Made by a program: the position numbers and the translations under genes
DNA from: a virus
Lineage: Duplodnaviria > Caudoviricetes
IMG/VR virus record: IMGVR_UViG_3300014204_000129
Location: 1 to 64,000 of that record
Strand: one strand, 5' to 3'
DNA: 64,000 nt
In this document: piece after piece, positions 34,002 to 44,270 of the stretch
Layout: every line of letters begins with the position of its first letter
How positions within the stretch are numbered: position 1 is the first letter of the stretch
Notes under the pieces: model-generated
What the model was told of the DNA's origin: nothing
What the model saw: only the letters and a program-made list of their open reading frames with translations
Database searches by the model: none

Positions 34002-35126
34002 TTGGATATATTCAGAGAGGCTATAGCAGCACGTGCACGACTTATGATAAACCACCCCTTTCTTGGGATAGTTGCTACTAATCTACGGGTGATTGTTGCC
34101 CAGGCCAACCCTGGGATACTCGCTAGTGTAGATGCTCAGGGTCGGCTGTATGTCGGCCCTGAGTTCCTAGAAGGAACAGAGACAGGTAACAGGTCCCTTA
34201 CAAAGAAACTACGAGAGACAATAATTGCACATGAAACTTTGCATATAATACTTGAACATATACTTCGTGGTAAGAATTATGAAGATGATCTATGGGGGCT
34301 TGCCATTGACTATATTGTTAATGATATATTAATAGAAAGTAGATTCCCTAAGATAGAAGGAATGTACTATGATACTAATATATCAAGAGATAGTAATGGT
34401 AAGATGTTGAGCGCAGAACAGGTGCATATAAAGCTACTCTCGATGGAGAAGGTAGAGTATAAGAAGTTAGATGAACACTTGTATAGTAATGACTCAGCAG
34501 AGCCTGGTTTGACCAAGGAAGAGATTCTTAGCATAGTTAGTGTAGCTTCCACAGTAGCAGGGAGTCTTCCAGGATCCCTGAAAGAGGTTGTGGGGGAGTT
34601 GCTATCACCAAAGGTAGACTGGCGGAGGCTACTACAGCAGTTTATAGTAAACACCGAGGAAGAAGACATTAATTGGAGAAATAGGAACATAACTTTGAAT
34701 CACATCGGGTACTTCCCCTCCTATGAAGATATGTCTATGGAAGACATTGTATTTGCTATAGACACCAGTGGTTCAATAAGTAGTGAACAGCTTCGACAGG
34801 CAGTTAGTGAGATATACACGGTCCTATCAAGATTCGATATACAGAGCATTTATATCATTCAGCATGATTATGTTGTACAGAGTTGTCAAAAGTATACCCC
34901 ACGCGATCTGCCTGAAGTACGTAATCTTACCATATCAGGCCGTGGTGGCACCAACTTCATACCTGTATTTGATTACATAAGAGACTACCACATACATCCT
35001 AGAGTCCTTATTATGCTTACAGATAGCTATGGAGCAATGCCTGATATAGCACCTAGCTACCCAGTAGTCTGGATAATGAATAATGAGTTTGGGTGGGCAC
35101 CATTTGGTAAAATAATATGTCTGTAA
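34002..35126 (+). CDS. metallopeptidase-VWA fusion (DUF2201-like)
   Basis: HETLH, AIDxxVN, VDWRRLL, MIDAS DTSGS, GRGGT, LTD. Confidence 0.85.
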   Translation: MDIFREAIAARARLMINHPFLGIVATNLRVIVAQANPGILASVDAQGRLYVGPEFLEGTETGNRSLTKKLRETIIAHETLHIILEHILRGKNYEDDLWGLAIDYIVNDILIESRFPKIEGMYYDTNISRDSNGKMLSAEQVHIKLLSMEKVEYKKLDEHLYSNDSAEPGLTKEEILSIVSVASTVAGSLPGSLKEVVGELLSPKVDWRRLLQQFIVNTEEEDINWRNRNITLNHIGYFPSYEDMSMEDIVFAIDTSGSISSEQLRQAVSEIYTVLSRFDIQSIYIIQHDYVVQSCQKYTPRDLPEVRNLTISGRGGTNFIPVFDYIRDYHIHPRVLIMLTDSYGAMPDIAPSYPVVWIMNNEFGWAPFGKIICL

Positions 35127-35315
35127 TGAGCATTATTATACCTAAAAATAAATATGGTAGGGAGGCTGCCAGATATCTCAAGGAGGAGTTACACATGGTA
35201 AAGACTCTCCAAGAGTGTTATGGTAAAACTGTAGGTGAGCTAACCTTTCTATATGGTCTACGTCCCTGGGAGGAAACATATTTATATAGTATATTAGTAC
35301 ATAATCGTTTTCATG

Positions 35316-35885
35316 CTATAAGAGCTCCCTCGCGCCATCCTGTATCCTCTGAATAACTTCTAGGCGGATACGAGGATCCTTTATATATTCTGTAAGAACG
35401 CCTGTAAATAGGCTTGTGTAGGCACTGAGAACAGCCTTTGGTACAAGATTCATAAGTTGCTTCTCCATATCTACCGCAGTTGCTATGGTAGAGGTTAGCT
35501 GTTTAATGGTAGCAAGTAGTGTCTTAGCTGAGTCTGCATCTACACTTCCTTCATCATCGTTAAGTTGCTCTACCATACGTACCTGAATACCCTTTAATAA
35601 GGCAATAGTATCCCGCAATGAGTATATCTCTTCGGGATTATCCATAAATATTTCAACTAGCTGTTGAGTAGCGGGGTCTGCGGCGTTAATAAGAGCAGAG
35701 CGTGTTGTTGATTTATTTATAACTACAGGAAGGTTATCAGTGGATTCATGTTCAAGGCACCTGCCTACACCTTCATGAGTTGTACCATCACCGGAAGGTT
35801 TCTTACAAACCTTACCTGTGCTGTTATTTACATAGCCACAAATATTTGCTAGTGGCATTACAAAGGAGGAATTATTTGGCATCAT
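35316..35885 (-). CDS. terminase small subunit-like protein
   Basis: N-terminal CG..C...GTxHxGxGRCxxH zinc knuckle followed by a helical region. Confidence 0.5.
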   Translation of the reverse strand: MMPNNSSFVMPLANICGYVNNSTGKVCKKPSGDGTTHEGVGRCLEHESTDNLPVVINKSTTRSALINAADPATQQLVEIFMDNPEEIYSLRDTIALLKGIQVRMVEQLNDDEGSVDADSAKTLLATIKQLTSTIATAVDMEKQLMNLVPKAVLSAYTSLFTGVLTEYIKDPRIRLEVIQRIQDGARELL

Positions 35886-36598
35886 TTACTATACCTAATG
35901 ATTGTTATAGACAGTTAGAAACCATCTCCTTATATTATAACACAACTATGCAAGAATTGCTAGTGCAGTATACGAAGTGGTTAGCAGATGGTAATATACC
36001 ACACGGCTATGAGAGGCTTCCTGCTGAAGTGCTGGCTAAGATATGTATGAAGAGTTAGAAAGGCTGCTTGGTAAGATAGTAGCAGTTAGCATTAGCTCTA
36101 ATAAGATGGTCACTATTCTAGAAGGCACGGATAGGGTTGCAGTAATACGGCAAAGACATCGCTATACAATCAATGTACTTAATGATATAGGATCATTATT
36201 ATATAAACTTAAGAAAAGAGTAGAAGTAGAGAATTGTGCCATATCGGGTGTTGTTGAGTTTCCTGGTATTACGGTTCCTGATAGTCGGTATATGCAACTC
36301 ACAGACAACGCTAAGCTTACTGTTCCTTGTATTACTATTGGGCCATCTATGTGCCTATACAGTATGCTATATAATCTAAAAGTTGGGTGGTGGGTATCAG
36401 AGGAGTTATTGGAAGGGCCTTGTATGCCTAGTTATGCACCTGTAATAGATAGTGATTATCAATCTAAAGGCTTTGGTATTGGAATGTTATTAACTACTTC
36501 AACATTAGCAGTGCCAGATATACCTTACATTCCTACGCCTTTTATAGTGTCTCCAATAGGAACAACAGTAGATTATAAAGCTATATGGAGTATGATGA

Positions 36599-38077
36599 AT
36601 GGATGAGAGTAAACTTGGGCTACCGTTTAAACTCTGGCCCACACAATTAGACGCTATAGATAAAGTAATAAAGGGCTTTGAAAGTGGAACTAAAGTAGCG
36701 TTGCTACAAGGTCCTACAGGCTCTGGCAAGTCTGCTATAGCTACGGCTGTAGCACGGTATAGGCAGTCATTGAAAACTGTGGTACTGACTAGAACTAAGG
36801 ATTTGCAGCGCCAATATGCAGATCAGTTGGGATACTTTAGTGCTGAGGGCAAGGCAAGCTTTGATTGCCCAGCCTTACCGCCACTAACTGCTGACCTAGT
36901 AGAATGTCAACTGGTCACCTGTAATAAAACTGAGTGTCAGTATTTTATTAACAAGGGCTGGTCAAAGATTGTTAGAGAGTTAGCCACTAACTATTATTGG
37001 TTCCTCGCTAATGATTGGCTAGAGAATGTAGAAGTGCTTATTCTTGATGAGGCACATCTGGCTAATCCAACAGTTATAGATTACATGGGAATAAGGTTGA
37101 CAAGATGGGAACTTGCCCAAGCAAAAGTTTCTATTAATGACTCCCTTGGGGTCATCTTCACTAAAGGGCCAATGAATATTGCTAATGATTTAGCGCGAAT
37201 ACAGAGAGTAAATGAACCAGCACTTATGGAACACTTATCTAAACTGCTTCAGATTAGAAAGAAGATGATTACTGGAAAGATGGTATATGATACTAGTGCT
37301 TATTACGAATATAGAAATAATGATGTACTGGTAGTACAGCCTGAGGATGATAGCGGTATACTTGAGAAGGCTTTATTTGATAGGTGTGCTGGGAAGGTAC
37401 TACTTATGTCAGCCACTATTCTTGATCCTAAAGTATTTATGGAAGAGAAAGGTTTGGGGCATATACCGTACCAGTATGTTGAACTGGAAACTAATATAGA
37501 TGCTAATAGGCGACCAATATTCTACCAACCTGCCGCTTGGATTAGTGCTAAGAGTAACGATAGAGATTATATAAAGTTAGTAGAGAAAATAGAGATAATT
37601 CTTGATGCACATCAGGGGCAGCGGGGGTTGATTCACACCGCGAACTTTCGCCTCGCTAAGAAGATACGGGATTTGACTAGCGCCCGGAATCGTGCTAGAC
37701 TGCTAGTGCAAGAGGGCAGCGCGGGCCGTGGGCGCCTGTTCCGTGCCTTCCTAACAGGTAGTGCACCTGACGCTGTGCTGGTGAGCCCTAGCGCGACCAC
37801 TGGCCTCGATCTTGCTGAGGATCGTGGCAGGTTTATAATCTTTGCTAAGGTTCCATTTCCTGATAGAGGAGATAGCCGTGTAAAGAGAAAAGAGGAAACT
37901 GTTGGTAATTATTATGCCTGGGCAACTGTTCAGGAACTTGTTCAGGGCAGCGGTCGCTGCACACGTTCTAGTAATGATTTTAGTATTGTGTATATCATTG
38001 ATGAGACATTTGGGTGGTTCTATAAAGGTAATAGCAGGTTGTTTCCTGATTGGTGGAAGAAGAGTTTAGTATTATAG
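36599..38077 (+). CDS. compact DinG/XPD-family helicase
   Basis: Q motif, GPTGSGKS, LDEAH, MSAT, GLD, KVPFP, QGSGRCTRS; Cys cluster after motif Ia. Confidence 0.9.
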   Translation: MDESKLGLPFKLWPTQLDAIDKVIKGFESGTKVALLQGPTGSGKSAIATAVARYRQSLKTVVLTRTKDLQRQYADQLGYFSAEGKASFDCPALPPLTADLVECQLVTCNKTECQYFINKGWSKIVRELATNYYWFLANDWLENVEVLILDEAHLANPTVIDYMGIRLTRWELAQAKVSINDSLGVIFTKGPMNIANDLARIQRVNEPALMEHLSKLLQIRKKMITGKMVYDTSAYYEYRNNDVLVVQPEDDSGILEKALFDRCAGKVLLMSATILDPKVFMEEKGLGHIPYQYVELETNIDANRRPIFYQPAAWISAKSNDRDYIKLVEKIEIILDAHQGQRGLIHTANFRLAKKIRDLTSARNRARLLVQEGSAGRGRLFRAFLTGSAPDAVLVSPSATTGLDLAEDRGRFIIFAKVPFPDRGDSRVKRKEETVGNYYAWATVQELVQGSGRCTRSSNDFSIVYIIDETFGWFYKGNSRLFPDWWKKSLVL

Positions 38078-38089
38078 GAGAAATATGGT

Positions 38090-38943
38090 ATGGGTACGAG
38101 GGCTGATTATTTTATTGGGGAAGGTGAGTCTGCGGAATGGCTTGGCAGCACTGCTTGGGATGGATACCCAGAAGGTGTAGCAGAGTCTATATTGAAGGCC
38201 ACTACTGAGGAGGAGTTTAGGGCAGCAGTGAGTGCTGAGCTTACATCTCGTGATGATGGCACAGTTCCTGAGAATGGCTGGCCATGGCCATGGGATGACT
38301 CACGGACAACTGATTATGCATATATGTTTGTGGACGGAAAGGTCTGGGCTAGCTACTTTGGTAGACCTTTGTTTGATCCACTACCTGATGTTTTGCCTAC
38401 TCTTAAAGACCCAAATTCTTCTATGGAAGAAACCATGCGCACAGCATACACAGAACAATGGTGGGGAGCATATGATCACCTGCCTAAAATATCCTTCCCA
38501 GATATGAAGGATAAGAAGAACATTGCTCTTGATGGAAGATCTGGGCTCATTATTCTTTCAGCATGAACTCTGACTTTTATGTGGGTATAGGTGAGCATGC
38601 AGAGTGGTTGGGGAGCCTGGTAGATCGTGGCACTCCATGGATACTCGGTGAGGATATATTAGTCTTTACTAAGGAAAAGGAGTATAGAGATGCGGTAAAG
38701 AGAATAGTAGATATTCGACCAGAGGATGGGTGGCCCTGGCCTTGGACAGATAGTTATCTAACAGAATATACATATACATTTATTGGTAACAAGGTACTAG
38801 TTAGTTATTTTGGTGGAGATCTTTATGATCCACTAGGGCCTGAGCCGGAGTATGTATATGCTGACATAGAAGAAGATTGGGCAAAGAACCCTGATGTGCA
38901 TAAGTTTCCTAAATACGGTGGAGTACAGTGTGGAAACGTATAA
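38090..38943 (+). other. tandem paralogous ORFs 38090-38566 and 38563-38943
   Basis: Both share D(Y/F)xxGxGExAEWLGS...GWPWPWxDSxxTxYxYxFxxxKVxxSYFG. Confidence 0.85.
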
Positions 38944-39133
38944 TTAGTACAATAGAATATATATCATGGTGTACAGTTTGTGTACTTAATATTCGCTGTA
39001 AATGTTTTGAGCCAACGTTTATATCCTGTGATAACGAGATTGATATATATAAATGTATCCATTGCTCTGCTTACTACTTTATACCTTGTTTTAAGAAGTA
39101 TGAAGTTAATCTAACTCAACTAAGGAGAATTAA

Positions 39134-39658
39134 ATGAACGAAGCAGAAATGATTGGAAGAGCGTTTCTGTTGGCTAGTAGGGTACACGCTACTGAGGCAG
39201 ACCCTATCTATGCCCGGCCCTATATGGAGCATATCGTTAGAGTTGCTGCTGTGTTTACTGGTAAGTCCAAGGCAGCCGCGCTGCTGCATGACATCTTTGG
39301 TGGAGAGAGTCAGAGCCCCTCTAAGGTAACTGAGGTTACTTCTGACGTTGTAAGACGTGATGGCTTGGAAGAGCTTCTTCCTATTCTTCGTATCCTTACT
39401 AGACAGAAGGGGGAGACCTGGGCTGATTATATTGATAGGGTGGCTAAGGATGAGACGGCTGCTGCTATCATCTTTGCAGACCTGGCTGATCATATTGCTA
39501 CTGACCGAGAGAACAGAGTTAATAAGTCACTGAAGGAGCGATATTCAAAGGCATTTGTTAAGCTTGGTACGATTCTTTCTGGGAGTGAGGCTGGTATGAG
39601 AGCCATTACTAACATTGTAGAGTACTATACTGGACTCTTGGTTGGTTTTCAACTATGA
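39134..39658 (+). CDS. HD-domain protein resembling small (p)ppGpp hydrolases (degenerate)
   Basis: H...PYxxHxxRVA, AAALLHD, LT, YIxRV, AD. Confidence 0.65.
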   Translation: MNEAEMIGRAFLLASRVHATEADPIYARPYMEHIVRVAAVFTGKSKAAALLHDIFGGESQSPSKVTEVTSDVVRRDGLEELLPILRILTRQKGETWADYIDRVAKDETAAAIIFADLADHIATDRENRVNKSLKERYSKAFVKLGTILSGSEAGMRAITNIVEYYTGLLVGFQL

Positions 39659-40245
39659 GCCACTTTGCTATCGCAGTTATAGGTGATGTTGATACACTGC
39701 TTGCTCCTTATGATGAGAATATACGGGTGGCTCCTAGAACAGATCTCACTGCTGAGCAGGTACTAGAAGAATTCAAGGCGAATAATAAAGGTAAGTTCAA
39801 GGATGTTAGAGAGTTTGCTGCGTGGTATTATGGGAGAGAATTGGAGCCTGATGGTAGACTAACTACTACCTATAACCCAGACTCTAAGTGGGATTGGTAT
39901 GAAGAAGGTGGTAGGTGGTGGGGGCTCTTTGGCGGGCAGAATAGTTGTACTGTTGAAGAATTTCTCCAGCACTTGGATGAGTGGAAGACTTGGGCACTAG
40001 TGCTGCCTACTGGCACTTGGTATGAAAAAGGAGAGATGGGATGGTTTGGCCTTTGGAACTACAGAGACGCACCAAAGCCTGAAGAATTTATAGGTGAGGA
40101 TGGCCAGCGTGACACCCGTGCTTGGAGAAAGGCTTGGGATACCTTTGAGGAAGAAAGGGATATTGCTTGGCATAAGGAGATTGTAGAATTGCTTAAGTAT
40201 ATTGATCGTAATGCTACTATTACTATTGTGGACTGCCACATATGA
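39655..40245 (+). CDS. conserved phage hypothetical protein
   Basis: MSHF...YNPDSKWDWYxxGGRW...GEMGWFG...VDCHI. Confidence 0.7.
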   Translation: MSHFAIAVIGDVDTLLAPYDENIRVAPRTDLTAEQVLEEFKANNKGKFKDVREFAAWYYGRELEPDGRLTTTYNPDSKWDWYEEGGRWWGLFGGQNSCTVEEFLQHLDEWKTWALVLPTGTWYEKGEMGWFGLWNYRDAPKPEEFIGEDGQRDTRAWRKAWDTFEEERDIAWHKEIVELLKYIDRNATITIVDCHI

Positions 40246-40417
40246 GCACTATAGTTATTCTTCTAGTGGGTTCTATTCTTAGAGTTCTGGCAATGGGTTT
40301 GCTTATAATGTGGGGAAGTAACATCCTTGGTGCTTCCTTCGATTGGTGGAGCTGTATTGCGTTGGGGTTCATTCTAGATACTATTATCTATCTAGAGAAG
40401 GATAAGAAGAATATTCC

Positions 40418-41323
40418 GTGGAATTAATAATGGTCTGCTATGCAGGCAGCCATCTCTATGGACTGAATACCCCTGAGTCCGATATTGATATCAGGGGTGT
40501 GTGCTATAGTCCAGCCTCCGCACTACTTGGACTGACAGGTTTTGAACAATGGCACCCAGGGAGTATAGAGGCTATAGCATGGTCTAAGACACAGCTTGGT
40601 GTAGAATCCAGTGATATACAGATATTCGCACTAAACAAGTTCTTTAGCCTATGCTTACAGGCAAACCCTAATATCCTTGAAATGCTATTTGTACCGGATA
40701 GTCTGCTGCTATGTGGGAGTATAGAATGGAATAGCATTGTTGACCGACGAGATATGTTTTTGTCAACAAAGGCCATTCATACTTTTGCTGGTTATGCATA
40801 CTCACAACTAATCCGTATTCGTAACCATAAGCGGTGGCTAGATAAGCCACCCATCAAACCTGATCCCGCAGCTTTTGGGCTAACCACCGAAGATAATGGG
40901 GCACAGGTTTGGAGTAGTGTGAACCTTAAGAATAAGTATGAGAATCTGCTTGCTGACTGGCAAGCATATAGTGAGTGGAGAAGTAATAGAAATCCAGCAA
41001 GAGCTGCTTTAGAGGAAAAGTTTGGTATTGACACGAAGTTTGCTGGACATGTTGTAAGACTTGTGCGAGAGGGGGAAGAGTTACTAACCACTGGTTATAT
41101 TACCCTACCCCTACCACCAATAGTTAGAGAAGAGATTAATGCCGTAAAGAACGGTGAAGTTCCTTATGAGGATATAGTAAAGTTGGCAGAGGGTATAAAG
41201 GATAAGTTACTTGCAATAAGTAGCTCACTACCTCGTACACCAAACTTTACCAAGGCAGAGCAAATGCTTATAGACCTACAAGGAGCACATTTGACAAACA
41301 AGAAGAACTGTGGTACAGTGTAA
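40418..41323 (+). CDS. nucleotidyltransferase (Pol-beta superfamily, YcgL/PF10127-like)
   Basis: GSHLYGLNTPESDIDIRG, NPNxLE, DTKxxxHxVRL. Confidence 0.85.
   Translation: MELIMVCYAGSHLYGLNTPESDIDIRGVCYSPASALLGLTGFEQWHPGSIEAIAWSKTQLGVESSDIQIFALNKFFSLCLQANPNILEMLFVPDSLLLCGSIEWNSIVDRRDMFLSTKAIHTFAGYAYSQLIRIRNHKRWLDKPPIKPDPAAFGLTTEDNGAQVWSSVNLKNKYENLLADWQAYSEWRSNRNPARAALEEKFGIDTKFAGHVVRLVREGEELLTTGYITLPLPPIVREEINAVKNGEVPYEDIVKLAEGIKDKLLAISSSLPRTPNFTKAEQMLIDLQGAHLTNKKNCGTV
41291..41319 (+). promoter_or_regulatory. sigma70 promoter for the recombination/repair genes
   Basis: TTGACA-17 bp-TACAGT with a TGTGG extended -10. Confidence 0.65.
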
Positions 41324-41337
41324 AAAAGGAGTAACAA

Positions 41338-41958
41338 ATGGTAGATGAAAAGCGTCTAGAAGATTATTTTAACCCGACAGCACCACCCCCTCAGCCCTTT
41401 GATGGTAGGGTGGATAGTATGGAACTAATCCAGCAGAAGAAGTATACTAGTAAAGAAACCCCGGATGACCAGCTAACTCCAGAAGATTTTGAGGATGTGG
41501 TTCATATTATCTGGACAGCCTTGAAGGAAGATCAGAGTGGGCGTCAGAAGTGGATTCCTGCTAAGACCAACAAGAATTCTAAGTGGCAGTATTGGTTGAA
41601 GTGCTGGAAGGACTTGGGTATTGAGCCTAATCAGATTGTTGGTATTGCGGCGCATTTTGAGCAGCATGAAGAGATCAAGGTAGGAAATAGCAGCAGGCCC
41701 TTCAAGGATATGTTGATTCCTGTATCTCTTATTACAGCAGAGGAAGCTACTAGTGATGAGGGTGTGGTTACCTATCTGTCACAGATCTTTAGTGATAGTA
41801 ATACTATGAGTTGGTCCGATTATGTGGGTAAAGTAATCGGCACAGATGCCTCGAAGAATTCTAACCTGCTCTCTCAGTTGACCAATAAGAGCGTTCTTGC
41901 TCAGGTCGAAGGGGTGAGTATCAATGGGGCTGATATCAGTTTCACGCCCCCGTTCTAA
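41338..41958 (+). CDS. putative single-stranded DNA-binding protein
   Basis: C-terminal ...PPF tail; first gene of the nuclease/annealase cluster. Confidence 0.4.
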   Translation: MVDEKRLEDYFNPTAPPPQPFDGRVDSMELIQQKKYTSKETPDDQLTPEDFEDVVHIIWTALKEDQSGRQKWIPAKTNKNSKWQYWLKCWKDLGIEPNQIVGIAAHFEQHEEIKVGNSSRPFKDMLIPVSLITAEEATSDEGVVTYLSQIFSDSNTMSWSDYVGKVIGTDASKNSNLLSQLTNKSVLAQVEGVSINGADISFTPPF

Positions 41959-42645
41959 TTGGAACTTATTGTTGACATACACGAGCCTAAAGCTATAGAC
42001 CCATTGTTAGTTGCTAAACTGGGAGAGGGTGTGGTTAGACGCCCTCTCCCAACTGGTGATTATACATTCATGGGCAAAGAGGGCTGTGTAGTCATTGAAC
42101 GTAAGGCCGTGAATGATCTCTATGGCTCATTCATGAAAGGAAGATTACAGGATCAATTACGAAGATGCCTATCCATGTCATCCCAAGCTTTCCTTCTTAT
42201 AGAAGGGTCACTAAAGGAATCTCATGGGTTTCTTGTTGCAGGTAATGGCAAGAGGATGAAGACGCCTTACACAGCACTATCTAATTTTCTAGTTAGTGCC
42301 CAGGCTGAGGGGATTAATATACTACTCAGCACTTCACTTGAAAACACTGCCAGTGTAATAGCTGGATTATATAATTACTTTCAGAAAGAAACACACAAGT
42401 CTATGGCAGATAGTGGAACTAGAAGCAAGGTGTGTAAGACACTACTAGATCAGCAGGTGTTGTTTCTTACCGGGCTACCTGGTATTGGGGAACAGCTGGC
42501 TAAGGATATATTAAGTGTGTACTTTAGTCCGGCACTGGCCATACAAGGTAACCTTGAGGGTGTAAAAGGTGTTGGGCCAAAGAAGAGGGAAGTGGCTATT
42601 AATGTTCTATATGGAATTGATAAAGGGGGTGTAAGTGACCAATAG
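41959..42645 (+). CDS. ERCC4/XPF-family nuclease with HhH motifs
   Basis: VDxxE, GDY, IERKxxxD, LLIEG, LPGIG, VKGVG. Confidence 0.9.
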   Translation: MELIVDIHEPKAIDPLLVAKLGEGVVRRPLPTGDYTFMGKEGCVVIERKAVNDLYGSFMKGRLQDQLRRCLSMSSQAFLLIEGSLKESHGFLVAGNGKRMKTPYTALSNFLVSAQAEGINILLSTSLENTASVIAGLYNYFQKETHKSMADSGTRSKVCKTLLDQQVLFLTGLPGIGEQLAKDILSVYFSPALAIQGNLEGVKGVGPKKREVAINVLYGIDKGGVSDQ

Positions 42646-42662
42646 CTTACAAGTGATATAAT

Positions 42663-43436
42663 ATGGAGATACATCAGTCTGCTGTTAAAGATTTCATGAT
42701 GTGCGGCAAGAAGTTTGAGTATACATATATTAATAAGGTACCACGGACTCTGCCAGAAGCGTTGCTAGTTGGTTCTGCATTCCATTATGCAATGACAGAA
42801 CACTTCCTGCATGGCTATAGCCTCGCTGATACGCAAGCATTGTTTGAGATTGAGATTATGACCCTCGCGCACCAGCGCTCTGATCCTAGATTTGTAAATG
42901 GGTCTGTAGCTGTATGGGAGCGCGGGCCAGAGGAAGCTGTGGGGTATGGTAAAGTATTGCTGGAAGAGTATTGGAATACAGCATTGCCTCTACTCCATGT
43001 TATGGAAGTAGCAAAGTCCTTGAAGAGGAATATACCGAACACTGATATAACAATTGCTGGTGAGCTTGACTTTATTGATGCCAGTGGCAAGATTGTAGAC
43101 TGGAAGGTAAAGGAGCGTGTACCATATAAGACCGAGATTCAAGATGATCTACAGCCAACATTTTATAGCTTCCTTGTTGGTGGTCCAATCACCTTTGAGT
43201 TTCATTATATACTGAAGCAAAAGACACCAAAGGTACGTATTGCAAGAACGACTCGCTCGGCCACTGCTATTCGTTGGATGACCGATGAGATGCTGCCAAG
43301 ATTTGCACGATCAGTGGAGACTGGCTTATACTTGGCAAATCCTACTGGGTGGTGGTGTAGCCCTAAGTGGTGCTCATTCTACAAGGAATGTAGAGGAGAG
43401 CCAAACCCAGAGCCAGAAGTAATAGAACTAGACTAA
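42663..43436 (+). CDS. PD-(D/E)XK (RecB/Cas4-like) exonuclease
   Basis: N-terminal C, GSAFH, GxLD, IVDWK, QxxxY, C-terminal C...C.....C. Confidence 0.85.
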   Translation: MEIHQSAVKDFMMCGKKFEYTYINKVPRTLPEALLVGSAFHYAMTEHFLHGYSLADTQALFEIEIMTLAHQRSDPRFVNGSVAVWERGPEEAVGYGKVLLEEYWNTALPLLHVMEVAKSLKRNIPNTDITIAGELDFIDASGKIVDWKVKERVPYKTEIQDDLQPTFYSFLVGGPITFEFHYILKQKTPKVRIARTTRSATAIRWMTDEMLPRFARSVETGLYLANPTGWWCSPKWCSFYKECRGEPNPEPEVIELD

Positions 43437-43508
43437 GATCCCTGTAATACTCTTGCTCGAACAGAGCCCAATACTATTATAGGAGAAAAAATATAGAAGG
43501 ATAAATAT

Positions 43509-44270
43509 ATGGAAGGTGAGTTAGTACCCGTCGCTAGTGACGAATATTATAAGATGATGGAAAGAGAGTGGGCCCTAGATATACGCGAACAACGTAAGAT
43601 CGTTCGCAGTAGTGGCTCACAGTTAGTTAGTGACGCTGGAATTAAGCGTGCAGTAGAAATGAGTCGGTCCTATAATGTGCCCCTTGGTGCTATTTGTTTC
43701 ATACCAGCAGGTAAGGAAATGATTCCTTATGTGACTGCTGAGGGAATCAAGTGGGCATATAGGTTAGATACACGTGGGGCTGCTGGTATCATTACGACAT
43801 TCATTCAGTTCCCCACGCCGGAGGTTCCTGTAGCGATTTGCAGGGCAGAGGTCAAGTTCCGTGATGGAAGTTGCTATGTAGGACACGGTCTTGCCAGCCC
43901 GGATCAGAAGGCTAACAAAGACATGTCATTGCCTGATATAGCTATGAAGGCTGAAACAAAGAGTGTTAGACGAGCTATTCAGAACGCTATTGCATTCCCA
44001 TTCTCTGTATACGAAGATGCAATTGAGGTTGCAGAGCGTGGCTGGCAGGCAATGAATAAGTACGAAGAGAAGTTAAATACAGTTGATGGTACTGCAACAG
44101 AGCTGGTAGAGAATATGCCTGCTGTATTTGCAGTGGCAATGAATGAACTAAAGATACCCTATCTTGAAACAGTAGAGATATTAAAGAAGTTACTAGGAGT
44201 AGAGGAACCCCTTAGTTATGGTGATCCTGCGGGTGCTTTAGAGCAACTAAAGAAATACGTGGAGAAGTAG
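43509..44270 (+). CDS. single-strand annealing protein (RecT/Red-beta/Rad52-like)
   Basis: PYVTAEG, G-x-A, MKAETKSVRRA; adjacent to the exonuclease. Confidence 0.65.
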   Translation: MEGELVPVASDEYYKMMEREWALDIREQRKIVRSSGSQLVSDAGIKRAVEMSRSYNVPLGAICFIPAGKEMIPYVTAEGIKWAYRLDTRGAAGIITTFIQFPTPEVPVAICRAEVKFRDGSCYVGHGLASPDQKANKDMSLPDIAMKAETKSVRRAIQNAIAFPFSVYEDAIEVAERGWQAMNKYEEKLNTVDGTATELVENMPAVFAVAMNELKIPYLETVEILKKLLGVEEPLSYGDPAGALEQLKKYVEK

